A DNA stretch of 64,000 nucleotides from an uncultured Spirochaetota bacterium (GTDB lineage: Bacteria; Spirochaetota; Brevinematia; Brevinematales; JAOACQ01). Positions 47,787-58,382 of the stretch are shown here, in pieces. The number at the start of each line of letters is the position of its first letter. Position 1 is the stretch's first letter. The DNA lies in contig CAVYGN010000002.1 in NCBI GenBank assembly GCA_963768055.1, positions 1,408,001-1,472,000 on the forward strand, read 5' to 3'. The translations under genes were made by a program, and so were the position numbers. The notes beneath the pieces were generated by a model, which searched no databases, was not told where the DNA came from, and saw only the letters and a program-made list of their open reading frames with translations.

Positions 47787-48677
47787 TTATTTTTTTCTTG
47801 CCGTAGCAATACTGTGGGCCCCATTAATTTTATATGTTTTATTTTCATTCGGGTCTTTAAAAAATCTTTCCACTAATTTTACACAATCCGATTCATCAAT
47901 TAATTCAAACTCATAATTATTTAAAAAATATTCAATTTGACCCTTCTCAATACCAAAAACCCATTTCTCCCCATGTTTTCCCACCAATTCATTGATTCCT
48001 TTTGCGCCATAATTATATTCTTCTCCTTTCAGAACTGATGTGTAAATATAATCAAAAATGATCAGACTGCCTTTTGCTGAATACTCTTTGATTAATGAAA
48101 AAATATTGTCTAAAGATTGAGGGTCGATATACATTGTTAAACCTTCCAGAAGAAAAAGGCAAATTTTATTTTTCCGGAAGCCGTTTCTTTCTAATTTTTG
48201 ATTTAAAGTTTCTTTTTCAAAATCAATTGAAATAAATTTCAAATTGGGAGGGAATTCAATGTTTAATTTCCTGAATTGATTGATCTTGGCTTTTTGAGTC
48301 TTTGGCGAATCCAGTTCATAAACAGTTGCATTCTTCAAATTATCATAAAAACGGATTGCTCGTGAATCAAAACCGGCTCCTAAAATCAAAATCTGGTCAA
48401 AACCGCTTTTAAGGTCTTTAAAAATATAATCTATATAATTTGTCCTGGCAATGACATATTCATAAATTCCATAGTGAAAAAATAATTTTTTAAAAATATT
48501 TCTAAGAATATTTGATTTTAATAAAGTCTTAAAAAAGGGTGGTAAAATCATCGGAGCAATATAATCACTACTTTTTAAGAAAATATTTTGTTCATAAAAT
48601 GACATAGCTCTTGATAAACATGTTAATTTAGCTGTTCTTGATACTTTTGTATCGATTCGCTTTTGCCAAGAAGACAT
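47787..48677 (-). CDS. SAM-dependent methyltransferase, LCM/TIGR00027-like
   Basis: SRTA, ART.YID, QILILGAGFDSRA, ELD and LLEGL.MY motifs; start at 48677 after GGAGG; AT-rich. Confidence 0.85.
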   Translation of the reverse strand: MSSWQKRIDTKVSRTAKLTCLSRAMSFYEQNIFLKSSDYIAPMILPPFFKTLLKSNILRNIFKKLFFHYGIYEYVIARTNYIDYIFKDLKSGFDQILILGAGFDSRAIRFYDNLKNATVYELDSPKTQKAKINQFRKLNIEFPPNLKFISIDFEKETLNQKLERNGFRKNKICLFLLEGLTMYIDPQSLDNIFSLIKEYSAKGSLIIFDYIYTSVLKGEEYNYGAKGINELVGKHGEKWVFGIEKGQIEYFLNNYEFELIDESDCVKLVERFFKDPNENKTYKINGAHSIATARKK

Positions 48678-48717
48678 ATTGTCCTCCAAAGTTATGTCAA
48701 AGCAGAAGAGGGGGGCA

Positions 48718-50319
48718 TTAAAGCCTGATCCTGTCTTCGACCACGTAAGCCTTGCCGTTCTTTGCATTGATTATCACTTCTTTAATGCCTTCAACGAGCT
48801 TGCCTTTGACGGGCGCATAGAACCTGACAAGAGCCACGTAGATGGAACTGCCCGGTGTAATTTTAAAAGGCGTCGATGGGGTGTATTCGAATTTATCCAG
48901 GTACATGACATCACGGGCCGTCTCGCCGCTGAAATGTTTGTGTTTTACAGCTGCGTCCCTGGCGGCTTCCCTTTCGGCAGCGTCATGCGGATCTAAAACC
49001 GATATGTCGTTTTCAAAATTCAGCTGGGGGACAATGCGGTCCGGATCCAGTATAATGACGCCTTTAGCGGCTGAAATTTCATATGTCCGTTTGCCGTTCC
49101 AGCTTAATTTTAATTTTAATCCGTTTACAAGCGCGCTGATATCAGGGATTTCATCCATATTTCTGACTGCCCCATTGCGCTTGATTGATATGTCGGGAGT
49201 ATGCGAACAGACAGGCAGAAAATATTTAGCTATCTCGCAAACCGAACTATCGGCCCCGGCGTAGATACAAATTTCCGAAAGGGAAGGGCCGGCATTGGAA
49301 TCCTTTTTACCCGTAACATAAGTTTTTATATAATTAGTATATTTTTCAATTCCCGCTGTAAAAAAAGCGAAGTGGAGCATAGAGAAATTTTTCAGCATGC
49401 TGCTCACATCGCAATCGATCTCTCCTGTCGTGGTAAAACCATTGCTGATGACATTCTCATAATAAGAACGGCCGGGTACAGGGACCAGGTAAGCCGCGTC
49501 AGTCCTTATTTGCCCTTTATTGTCTACCAGCCTCTTGCAGAGATCGGTGTAAGCGAAAAGCTCGCCCCCTTCGAATTTAAGCAATTCCTTGAGCCATAAT
49601 CTGAGGAAAGCATACTTTATTTCTTCAGGTGTCGAACCCCCGGTAATCAGGAAGAGACTGTCCTTTTCAAAACGGACCATACCGGGAAGGGCCTGAAGAT
49701 TAATAATAATAATATTCTTTTGATCGAGGGGAAAAATGAGATTTTTATATGCTTCAAAGATATTATCAATATCCTTGATGGTCGAAATGTTTTTTCCATG
49801 GCAATAGACATCATAAGAAAGAGCTCCAACTGTATCGGATGTTTCACTATACCTGCCGCAAATCAACAGGGGTTTTTCATCGCTATCGAATATAAAACCG
49901 TCTCCGTTCCTGTCGGTGTAAGGGAAGATCAATCCTCTAAATCCTTCGGGGAGGCTTAATCCCGCGGTTACGGATCCTTTTTCATCGGGCAGGACCAGCC
50001 AGTCATCGGAATAAAATTCCTGGTTAATGATTGGGAGAGTATAAATTAGAATTATCCTGCCTCCGTAATTGGATATGACATTGTCGATAAGCAATGTATG
50101 GCCGTTCTGATAGAAATTCACCGATCCGTTCGACAGGGAACTGATGCTTAAAAGCCTTGCCCTTCCCGGCAGGGTCAGTTTGATGGAATTACTTTCGAAA
50201 GTATAATCGGCCTGAACTTTTAGAATACTTTGTGTCAACATAAGGCTCATCCTGGAGTGATATGGAAAAGTGAGGTTTTTTAAGGAGATGAGTATTAAAA
50301 CACAAATTACATATTTCAT
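48718..50319 (-). CDS. Secreted hypothetical protein (possibly a degenerate aminopeptidase-like scaffold)
   Basis: Signal peptide; ILDPD...PQLN.END C-terminal motif; no HEXXH. Confidence 0.55.
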   Translation of the reverse strand: MKYVICVLILISLKNLTFPYHSRMSLMLTQSILKVQADYTFESNSIKLTLPGRARLLSISSLSNGSVNFYQNGHTLLIDNVISNYGGRIILIYTLPIINQEFYSDDWLVLPDEKGSVTAGLSLPEGFRGLIFPYTDRNGDGFIFDSDEKPLLICGRYSETSDTVGALSYDVYCHGKNISTIKDIDNIFEAYKNLIFPLDQKNIIIINLQALPGMVRFEKDSLFLITGGSTPEEIKYAFLRLWLKELLKFEGGELFAYTDLCKRLVDNKGQIRTDAAYLVPVPGRSYYENVISNGFTTTGEIDCDVSSMLKNFSMLHFAFFTAGIEKYTNYIKTYVTGKKDSNAGPSLSEICIYAGADSSVCEIAKYFLPVCSHTPDISIKRNGAVRNMDEIPDISALVNGLKLKLSWNGKRTYEISAAKGVIILDPDRIVPQLNFENDISVLDPHDAAEREAARDAAVKHKHFSGETARDVMYLDKFEYTPSTPFKITPGSSIYVALVRFYAPVKGKLVEGIKEVIINAKNGKAYVVEDRIRL

Positions 50320-50327
50320 ATCGGCCC

Positions 50328-51935
50328 CTATAATAATATCCTGATTCCGGCATTAACGGTGAACCCGCCGTCAGGGACATCCGGCCTGTCGAAATTAAGC
50401 TCATTGAGAATGTTTTTGAAGATAAGTTCGGCAAAGATATCCTTGCTCAGGCCGACCGAAAACGACACATCCCATATCCATGCGGCGTCAAGGTAGGCGC
50501 CAACCTGGTATTCCTGCCTGTCTTTATATGTCATTTTGGTCAGGGCGGATAAGCCTAAATTTGTATAGTTGTATTCTATGCTCAAAGAAATGGAATTCCG
50601 GTTAAAAAAGAGGAGGTCATCCTGGCTGGGGAGCTTGAAAATATAAGAGGCGTCGACAACGAAATTATCGACGGCGATCAGTTCGAGAATTGCTTCCGCT
50701 TTCAGGACATTGACGTTGGAAATAGCATTGAGAAAGTAGAGGTCGTTACCGGAATCATAATTATAATCCAGGTATAAAGAATATTGTTCCAAACTCACGT
50801 TTCCCCTCAGATTGATAAAATCAAAGGGTGATAATTGGATTGAATAAAGATATACCCATTTTTCCTCGGGATATGTAAAGTGATAATCTATCTGGTTATC
50901 ATCAACGATCCTGTCTATTGAAAAGTTATTCTGCTCTCCATAAAGCCCCCCCTTCATAGATATGAAGCTTGAATATTTATAAAAAATCAGCAGATTCGGG
51001 GCCCAGAAAAATCCTTTGTAATCATACACGTCGAATTCCAAACCTCCCTGTACGGCAAAATTTCCTGACAGAGGAATTTTATTGAGCACGCCGATCCTTC
51101 CGAATTGCAGCAAATCGTTATTGTAGTCCGAGTACCTGTACTTCCCTGAAATTTTAAGAAAGTTATCCCTTCCCCAATCGGTTTCGAGATCGATATTTCC
51201 GCCAACATCCTGGAGTATTTTGTCGTTATATCCTGAAAGCAATTGATGATCCAGGTCAAGGTAATTGTAATAACCTTCTGTTTTCAATATTGTATTCATG
51301 CTGATCTCATAGAGTGCACCTAGGCTTACAGGTATGTTTTTTTTGGATTCGATCACGTTTGAGATATTGGTATAAAGCCCTAAGTCTCTGATATAATAAC
51401 CGAAAGAGCTGGTAATGTCGAGGTTGGAATTAACGGAATAAATAATATCTCCGTTAAAGTCGTCAATATTCATTGAAGTATTGAAATAATTTGTACCCTG
51501 GAAGCCTGTGTTATCTCTCATATTCCTGACATAAGTGAACAGGTAATTGAAATTATCCGATTTTTTACCCGTATTCATTTCAGCAATGATATTGTTATAA
51601 GACCCGTAATATAATTTGAAGCTTGAAAGTGAAAAATCTTCGTTTTGCCTCTGTTTAGTCATCTCAGCCTTGAACTTATCGCTTTCTTTGGATTTGGTAA
51701 GTTCATCGATATCGATGCCGACATCGTTCGAGGGACGTCCCTGGAGGATAGATTCGTTCTGGTTTGCAAGCGGGACTTTGCTTTCATCTTCAATGCTGAG
51801 CTTGATATCGGGAATTATGATTTTTGAATTGCCGCTTTCCTGTAGAAGCTCGTTTGTCGATGAATTAGTTTCTGAGGAAGCGATCGAAGCGGCAAAGAAC
51901 AGAAAGGCCGAGGCAATTAATAAAATGTTTCTCAT
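50328..51935 (-). CDS. Putative outer-membrane beta-barrel protein
   Basis: Signal peptide; many Tyr/Phe amphipathic strands; C-terminal NIL.....GFTVNAGIRILL resembles a TonB-receptor C-terminus. Confidence 0.6.
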   Translation of the reverse strand: MRNILLIASAFLFFAASIASSETNSSTNELLQESGNSKIIIPDIKLSIEDESKVPLANQNESILQGRPSNDVGIDIDELTKSKESDKFKAEMTKQRQNEDFSLSSFKLYYGSYNNIIAEMNTGKKSDNFNYLFTYVRNMRDNTGFQGTNYFNTSMNIDDFNGDIIYSVNSNLDITSSFGYYIRDLGLYTNISNVIESKKNIPVSLGALYEISMNTILKTEGYYNYLDLDHQLLSGYNDKILQDVGGNIDLETDWGRDNFLKISGKYRYSDYNNDLLQFGRIGVLNKIPLSGNFAVQGGLEFDVYDYKGFFWAPNLLIFYKYSSFISMKGGLYGEQNNFSIDRIVDDNQIDYHFTYPEEKWVYLYSIQLSPFDFINLRGNVSLEQYSLYLDYNYDSGNDLYFLNAISNVNVLKAEAILELIAVDNFVVDASYIFKLPSQDDLLFFNRNSISLSIEYNYTNLGLSALTKMTYKDRQEYQVGAYLDAAWIWDVSFSVGLSKDIFAELIFKNILNELNFDRPDVPDGGFTVNAGIRILL

Positions 51936-51958
51936 ACATTACCTCTTTTCATTTTTAA

Positions 51959-52663
51959 TTAAATCGTAAGGCGCTTGAAATCCTGTGCATAAAATCTTTC
52001 TCCGTTCGGTCCGAAATCCTCGAGCAGGGCGGGGACAATGGCCCCCGGTATCACGCTTTCAACCGGGTAAGGCGCCCTCTGCGAACCTAGATCAGTACGA
52101 AGCCAGCCGGGATCAAGATATGATATAAGCACGTTTGTGCCTTTTAATTCTGAGGAGATGTCCAGGGTGTATTTATCAACGGCTGCTTTAGCAACGCTGT
52201 AAGGAGAGAGGTCCGGCTGATCCTTAATTCCGGAGGTCATATTAATCACCCGTCCGAATCCCTTTTCAAGCATCCTGGGAATAAAAAAATCGCATATTTC
52301 CACAAGGGCGAAAAAATCCACTTCGAAAATCTTTTTCCATTCCTCTATAGGAATTGTCCAGACTTTCTGGCTCCGGCTCATAATGGCGGCGTTATTGTAT
52401 AGTATATCTATGTGTCCCGCTTTTTTATATGCATCCGTACACATTGATTTTATATCTTCGGGATTATCCAGTTCCCCCTCGACTGCTTCAACTTTAATTT
52501 TATAACCCTTGAGCAGTTCACATGTTTTTTCGGTATTTTTCATTTTTCTTCCATGGATTATTACATTGCAGGAGCACTGAGCCAGCCCCAAAGCTATCTG
52601 CTGGCCGATACCGCGCGCGGAACCGGTTACCAAAGCCCACCTGTTTTTCAGCATCTCATTCAT
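51959..52663 (-). CDS. SDR-family oxidoreductase
   Basis: [17 protein letters not shown] and PGW.RTD motifs; start after GGAGG. Confidence 0.9.
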   Translation of the reverse strand: MNEMLKNRWALVTGSARGIGQQIALGLAQCSCNVIIHGRKMKNTEKTCELLKGYKIKVEAVEGELDNPEDIKSMCTDAYKKAGHIDILYNNAAIMSRSQKVWTIPIEEWKKIFEVDFFALVEICDFFIPRMLEKGFGRVINMTSGIKDQPDLSPYSVAKAAVDKYTLDISSELKGTNVLISYLDPGWLRTDLGSQRAPYPVESVIPGAIVPALLEDFGPNGERFYAQDFKRLTI

Positions 52664-52877
52664 AAACTCCTCCGATAATGAACTAATCCTCAAAAATCAC
52701 CGCTGTTCCATCCCTCCCTTTATACTTATCAAGAACAGAGATACGAAGAATGAAGATTATTTTATTTCAAGAGGGTGGATTTTGCAAATTAACCACAATA
52801 ACACCGGTTAAGGCATCGGGCCGGCTTGATATTTTTAATTGAAACTGATAAGATATTAAAATTTTAAAGGTGTTTGA

Positions 52878-53429
52878 ATGGAACTTAATTTATTATGCTC
52901 CGATGAAAACAGGCAATATTATTCCAAAAAATTGAATGAAAATGATATCTGGATTAACGACGCCGCTGAATTGACAATAGCGGAGAATACGGTCAGCCTG
53001 GATAAAGAGGGCGTTTTTATTGTTTTCGATTTCAAGAATTTTTCAAGGGTATTGAAGATACTGGACAGTTTGAAAGACAGCCTTGAATTGCAGCAGAATA
53101 CGGATATTATAGCTGTAAAACAGAAAGACGGCTATGAAGTTCTGAAAATTGAAGAGGTCAAATATTTTATAGCCGATGGAAATATTGTTTATTGCTATAC
53201 CGGGAATTTGAGGTATGAAATTAACAAGCGGCTTTATAGGGTTGAAAATGATCTGGCGAATAGGGGCTTTATCCGGATCAACAAAGCGACAGTAGTCAAT
53301 ATTATGATGGTGAATGAGGTAATCCCCTGGTTCGGGGGCAGGCTGCTCCTGAAAATAAAAAACAGCGGTGCAGAGCTGGAAGTATCAAAAAATTATTTAA
53401 AGCCTTTTAAAAAGATATTGGGGCTGTAA
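52878..53429 (+). CDS. LytTR-family DNA-binding regulator (no receiver domain)
   Basis: FIRINKA.VVN and LEVSKNY...FKK.LG motifs. Confidence 0.88.
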   Translation: MELNLLCSDENRQYYSKKLNENDIWINDAAELTIAENTVSLDKEGVFIVFDFKNFSRVLKILDSLKDSLELQQNTDIIAVKQKDGYEVLKIEEVKYFIADGNIVYCYTGNLRYEINKRLYRVENDLANRGFIRINKATVVNIMMVNEVIPWFGGRLLLKIKNSGAELEVSKNYLKPFKKILGL

Positions 53430-53430
53430 T

Positions 53431-53889
53431 ATGCAAAAGTTATTGAAAGATGAATTAGAATCCCGCCAGATTATGATCAAGGTAACGGAAGATATCAGGT
53501 CGATCATTTTCATCCTTTTATCATCCGCAGTTTTGGGGGCATTAGTAGGTTTACCCTTTATTTTAATCTACAAAGGAGACCTTGTTATTAATCTTCTTAA
53601 AAGCTCTTTATTCGGGATCGGCATCAGCGTAATCGCCGCTCCGGCGTTTATTTTTTTTTATAAATATCACACAATCTGGTCTATGATGGCGGTATTTATA
53701 GTAATAGGAGCCGGCACTTTTACCGGTGCGTTCACATCGGGAATTACCGATATTACGATAATATTACTTATAATTTTTTCAGCGGAATTAGCCGGGATGT
53801 GCTTTACAGTTTATTCCTATCTATACTATCGCAAGATCAATAAAAAGCTGGCACAATACCAGGAGACGCTTAAAACAAAAGAAAGATAA
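53431..53889 (+). CDS. 4-TM membrane protein coupled to the LytTR gene
   Basis: Four hydrophobic helices; C-terminal KINKKL..Y; 1-nt gap after the LytTR gene. Confidence 0.7.
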   Translation: MQKLLKDELESRQIMIKVTEDIRSIIFILLSSAVLGALVGLPFILIYKGDLVINLLKSSLFGIGISVIAAPAFIFFYKYHTIWSMMAVFIVIGAGTFTGAFTSGITDITIILLIIFSAELAGMCFTVYSYLYYRKINKKLAQYQETLKTKER

Positions 53890-53918
53890 TAATACAATCT
53901 GCCGCAATCCTGCCATAT

Positions 53919-53953
53919 AAAAAAAATAGGGGCTGTCCCAAAAGACAGCCCCT
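53919..53953 (-). terminator. Rho-independent terminator for ppdK
   Basis: AGGGGCTGTC-ccaaaa-GACAGCCCCT with a U-tract on the minus strand. Confidence 0.85.
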
Positions 53954-53972
53954 TATATGCTATTTTCTTGTT

Positions 53973-56666
53973 TTATTTCGCCTTTTTTTCTTCAATGACC
54001 GCCTGGGCTGCGGCAAGTCGGGCTATGGGTACGCGGAAAGGCGAGCATGAAACATAGTTCATACCGGCCCTGTGGCAGAACTTTACAGACTTTAGTTCGC
54101 CGCCATGTTCACCGCATATGCCTATCTTCAGGTTAGACCGTGTGCTCCTTCCCTTTTCGATCGCCATTTTCACAAGAAGCCCGACCCCTTCCTGGTCCAG
54201 GGACTGGAACGGGTCGTCTTTGAAAACCCCGGCTTTTTTTTCGTCAACATAATCCGGAAGGAAACGGCCTGCGTCGTCCCTCGACATGCCAAGGGTCATC
54301 TGGGTGAGGTCGTTCGTCCCGAAGGAGAAAAATTCCGCGACTTCGGCGATCTTGTCGGCCAGCAGGGCCGCACGCGGAACTTCGATCATCGTCCCGACAA
54401 GGTACTTTATTGTCTGGCCGCTTTTTTTAATTATAGCATCGGCCACTTCCCTCGTCCTTGTTTCGAGTATCTTCAATTCTTTTTTATCTATTACGAGCGG
54501 ATGCATAATCTCGGGCTCCACTTTTATTCCGGCTTTCGCACATTCGCATGCCGCCTCGATAATGGCTGTGACCTGCATATCGAGGATCTCGGGATATGTT
54601 ATGCAGAGGCGGCATCCCCTGTGTCCCAACATCGGATTTGCTTCATGGAGCTGTTCGACGCGGTGTTTGACCTTTTCAAAAGGAACGCCGATTTTTGCGG
54701 CGAGTTCCCTCTGTTTTGGCTCGTCATGCGGGACAAACTCATGCAGGGGCGGGTCGATAAGGCGGATTGTGACGGGTTTTCCGTCCATGGCCTTGAATAT
54801 GCCTTTGAAATCCGCTTTCTGGAAAGGCAGCAATTTTGCCAGTGCCGATTTCCTGTCCTCGAGCGTATCGGCGACGATCATTTCCTGGATAGCCTCTCTT
54901 CTTTCTTCAGTATCGAAGAACATATGCTCCGTCCTGCAGAGGCCGATCCCTTCGGCCCCTAATTGAACCGCATGTTCGGCGTCGTAAGGTGTATCCGCGT
55001 TAGTCCTTACCTTCAGTTTACGGACCTCATCTGCCCATTTCATTATAGTATTGTATGATTCGGGAAGATCGGGCTTAATAAGTTTAAGGGCGGTTTTGTA
55101 TACCTCGCCCGTTGTCCCGTTTAAAGTTATCTCTTCCCCCTCTTTTACCGTTATATCGCCGACTTTGAATAATTTCTTATTATAGTCGATATCCAGTTTT
55201 TCACATCCCACGATGCAGCATTTGCCCCAGCCCCTGGCGACAACAGCCGCATGAGAGGTCTTGCCGCCTGTCGCCGTCAGTATCCCTATAGCGGCATGCA
55301 TTCCTCCGACGTCTTCAGGGCTTGTTTCCTTTCTGACCAGTATTACCCTTTCGCCCCTTTCGGCCCATTCCTCGGCGTCTTTCGCGTTAAATACGACCTT
55401 GCCTGCGGCGGCGCCGGGTACTGCGTCAATCCCCTGCACTATATAATTGGCCTTAAGCGCCTCTTTCTGCTTGGGGTCTATTATAGGGTAAAATATGCCC
55501 TCTATGTCTTTATCCTTAATACGCATGATAGCGTCTTTTTTTGAAATGAGTTCTTCGGCTTGCATATCTACTGCGATTTTAAAGGCCGCGAATGGAGAGC
55601 GTTTGCCCGTGCGGCACTGCAACATGTAAAGTTTTCCCTCTTCGACCGTAAATTCCAGGTCCTGCATGTCCTTGTAATGATTTTCAAGCGTTTTCCGCAC
55701 GCCTACAAGCTGTTTGTAAGCCTTGGGATCTGTCTTTTCAAAGTCGGACAACTTAATAGGGGTCCTGATGCCGGCTACTACGTCCTCTCCCTGGGCGTTT
55801 ATGAGATAGTCGCCGTAAAATGTGTTGTCCCCGGTATTGGGGTCCCTTGTAAAGCAGACGCCGGTCCCGGAAGTGTCCCCCTTGTTCCCGAAAACCATCT
55901 GGACTATATTGACGGCGGTGCCTATCACGCCCTGGATCTTTTCAACCCTTCTATAGGTCACGGCCTTGTCGGCCATCCAGCTTCCGAATACGGCACCGAT
56001 CGAGCCCCAGAGCTGTTCCCTGGGATCCTGAGGGAAATCCTTCCCGATTTCCTTCTTATATAAAAGCTTGAATTGCGAAAGAAGCTCTTCGAGTTCGCCG
56101 GCATCGACATCCGTATCGTTTACCTTTTTATTCTCGGCAACATTGATCCTTTTTCTTGTTTTTTCATTTTTTATCTTGTCGAAAATATGGTCGAATTTCT
56201 CCCTCTGTATGCCCATTGCCGTAGAACCGTACATCATTATGAACCGCCTGTAAGCGTCCAGCGCAAACCTCCTGTTGCCGGTTTTTTTGGCGAGGCCCTC
56301 GACCGATTTGTCGTTAAGGCCGAGATTTAATATTGTTTCCATCATTCCCGGCATCGAGATAGGCGCTCCCGATCTTACAGAAACCAGCAGGGGATAACCG
56401 GCGTCCCCGAGTTTTTTCCCGGCCAGCTTTTCCAGGGCCGACAGGTGTTTTTCGACCTCAGTGTCCAGGCCTTCCGGGTATTTCCTGCCGTTTTTATAGA
56501 ATAAGTCGCAGACCTCCGTGGAAATAGTAAACCCGCTTGGAACGGGAAGGCCGATATTAGTCATCTCGGCGAGACCCGCGCCTTTACCGCCGAGGAGCTC
56601 TTTCATCGAACCGTCGCCTTCGGCTTTCCCGCCGCCGAAGAAATAAACATACTTAGACTTTGCCAT
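53973..56666 (-). CDS. ppdK: Pyruvate, phosphate dikinase
   Basis: LLGGKGA, LLVSVRSGA..SMPGMM, NAQGEDVVAG, TSHAAVVAR, GLCRTEHMF and GICGEHGG motifs. Confidence 0.98.
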   Translation of the reverse strand: MAKSKYVYFFGGGKAEGDGSMKELLGGKGAGLAEMTNIGLPVPSGFTISTEVCDLFYKNGRKYPEGLDTEVEKHLSALEKLAGKKLGDAGYPLLVSVRSGAPISMPGMMETILNLGLNDKSVEGLAKKTGNRRFALDAYRRFIMMYGSTAMGIQREKFDHIFDKIKNEKTRKRINVAENKKVNDTDVDAGELEELLSQFKLLYKKEIGKDFPQDPREQLWGSIGAVFGSWMADKAVTYRRVEKIQGVIGTAVNIVQMVFGNKGDTSGTGVCFTRDPNTGDNTFYGDYLINAQGEDVVAGIRTPIKLSDFEKTDPKAYKQLVGVRKTLENHYKDMQDLEFTVEEGKLYMLQCRTGKRSPFAAFKIAVDMQAEELISKKDAIMRIKDKDIEGIFYPIIDPKQKEALKANYIVQGIDAVPGAAAGKVVFNAKDAEEWAERGERVILVRKETSPEDVGGMHAAIGILTATGGKTSHAAVVARGWGKCCIVGCEKLDIDYNKKLFKVGDITVKEGEEITLNGTTGEVYKTALKLIKPDLPESYNTIMKWADEVRKLKVRTNADTPYDAEHAVQLGAEGIGLCRTEHMFFDTEERREAIQEMIVADTLEDRKSALAKLLPFQKADFKGIFKAMDGKPVTIRLIDPPLHEFVPHDEPKQRELAAKIGVPFEKVKHRVEQLHEANPMLGHRGCRLCITYPEILDMQVTAIIEAACECAKAGIKVEPEIMHPLVIDKKELKILETRTREVADAIIKKSGQTIKYLVGTMIEVPRAALLADKIAEVAEFFSFGTNDLTQMTLGMSRDDAGRFLPDYVDEKKAGVFKDDPFQSLDQEGVGLLVKMAIEKGRSTRSNLKIGICGEHGGELKSVKFCHRAGMNYVSCSPFRVPIARLAAAQAVIEEKKAK

Positions 56667-56915
56667 ATTTATATCCTCCAATTTTATTAGTGATTTCATC
56701 TGTTATGAATTGTGAGCACCTGTTACTGATTTAAAAAACGGCCCATCATATTTTAAGAACAGGCTGTAAATTTTGCAATTAATGGGGGGACGAAATCACA
56801 GGGAGACGCGGAGAAAGGGGGGCTTGTCTAAATCATTTTTCCAGTCTTACCGATAAAAAATGCTGCCTTCATCTTGATTATATTCGCCTGGTGAAGCCGT
56901 TACTTCTTGTGAATA

Positions 56916-57476
56916 TCATGAAATTAAGCTTTTTACAAGGGTTCTCAATTCCAGGTATGCCTTGTCGATATCGTCGTTAATAATGCTGTATTGATAGTTT
57001 TTTTCGTATCCCATTTCTTTTATCGCAGTTTTAAGCCTTAATTGTATGGTTTTCCTGTCGTCGGTTTTTCTTTCCATTATTCTTCTTTTGAGTTCTTTCA
57101 TCGAGGGAGGTATTATAAAGATAAGTACACTTTCAGGGATGGATTTCTTAATATTCATCCCCCCCTGAACGTCTACATCCATCAGGCAGTTTTTGCCGGT
57201 ATCTGTTATCCTCTTAATTTCAGTTTTCAAAGTCCCGTAGTAATTACCGTAGACTTCAGCCCATTCGACGAATTCATTGTTTTTTATTTTTTTTAAGAAT
57301 TCCTCACGGCTGATGAAATAATAATCGACCCCGTCCGTTTCGTTCGGCCGGGGAGAACGGGTTGTAGCTGATATTGAAAATTGCAGGCTTTCGAAATCGG
57401 AGAGCAGGCGCTTATAAAGACATGTTTTGCCTACACCTGACGGTCCGGAAATGACTATTATACTGAAAGATTTCAT
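56916..57476 (-). CDS. gmk: Guanylate kinase
   Basis: SGPSGVGK, SATTR.PR..E.DG.DY.F and YYGT motifs. Confidence 0.97.
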   Translation of the reverse strand: MKSFSIIVISGPSGVGKTCLYKRLLSDFESLQFSISATTRSPRPNETDGVDYYFISREEFLKKIKNNEFVEWAEVYGNYYGTLKTEIKRITDTGKNCLMDVDVQGGMNIKKSIPESVLIFIIPPSMKELKRRIMERKTDDRKTIQLRLKTAIKEMGYEKNYQYSIINDDIDKAYLELRTLVKSLIS

Positions 57477-57479
57477 CCT

Positions 57480-58367
57480 TTACTCCAGGTTTCTAAGCTG
57501 CTCTCTTATTTTTTCGATTTCACCCTTGATAAAAATTGTATTTTCGATTATTTTGTAATCGGTTGATTTAGATGAGATCGTGTTTATCTCCCTGTTCATT
57601 TCCTGGCTGATAAAATCCATTTTTTTGCTGTCGCCCTTAATTTTTTCATTCAGGATGTTCTTGAACTGGTTCAGGTGGCTTTTCAAACGTACGATTTCCT
57701 CGTTAATTGCGGTCCTTCCCGCCATTATTTCGGCTTCCATAAGGATCCGGTTATTAGTCAGAGCGTCTTCAAACGATTCAGGGAGAAGTTCCATTAGCCG
57801 GTCCTTCAATCCCTGTTTGAATTTCTCCAGGTTCGGGGGATATAGATTATCAATATCTGCAAGGCTTTTTTCTATCAAAGATATAGAGGTTTCGAGATCG
57901 TTTTTTGTTTTCTCCCCTTCCCTGTACATCATGTCCAGTATCTTTAAGGAAACGTTCTTTATCATTTTGATCAGGATTTCATGAAGGTCTTCGAAACCGC
58001 CCATTCTCTCGATTTGAAGAATACCTCCGATCGAAAGAAAATCCCCAAGAGAAATTTCGTTATTGATATTGATCTCATTTTTCAATTCAGTGATAGCGGC
58101 CTTATATTTTTTAGCCAGTTCGTGGTTTACAACAATATTATAACTCCTGGCCTCTTTTTCAATGATCTTTATATAAAGATCGATTTTTCCGCGTTTTAAT
58201 TTGTCATATATGATATTTCTCAGTTCATTTTCCCATTCATCTATAAAAGCGCTGGATTTAAGTTTAAAATCAAAATACCTTGAATTGAGGCTTTTAAGTT
58301 CAACGGTGAGATCGTATTGATCCGTATTCATGAACTCATTGGCAAATCCGGTCATGCTTCTTATCAT
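57480..58367 (-). CDS. yicC: YicC/YloC family endoribonuclease
   Basis: MIRSMTGF, S.NSRY, RGK, EEIVRL.SH, QEMNRE.NT.SSK and REQ..N.E motifs. Confidence 0.93.
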   Translation of the reverse strand: MIRSMTGFANEFMNTDQYDLTVELKSLNSRYFDFKLKSSAFIDEWENELRNIIYDKLKRGKIDLYIKIIEKEARSYNIVVNHELAKKYKAAITELKNEININNEISLGDFLSIGGILQIERMGGFEDLHEILIKMIKNVSLKILDMMYREGEKTKNDLETSISLIEKSLADIDNLYPPNLEKFKQGLKDRLMELLPESFEDALTNNRILMEAEIMAGRTAINEEIVRLKSHLNQFKNILNEKIKGDSKKMDFISQEMNREINTISSKSTDYKIIENTIFIKGEIEKIREQLRNLE

Positions 58368-58382
58368 AAAAATACCCGCTTA

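Noticed and set aside
47787..48767. Upstream start (48767) for the methyltransferase
   Set aside because: It overlaps the neighbouring gene; ATG 48677 has a strong GGAGG RBS.
54105..54966. Long plus-strand ORFs (285 and 226 aa)
   Set aside because: Antisense shadows of the highly conserved ppdK.
56829..56856. Sigma28-like TAAA-N16-ACCGATAA antisense to gmk
   Set aside because: Spacing is off and there is no downstream gene or terminator on that strand.
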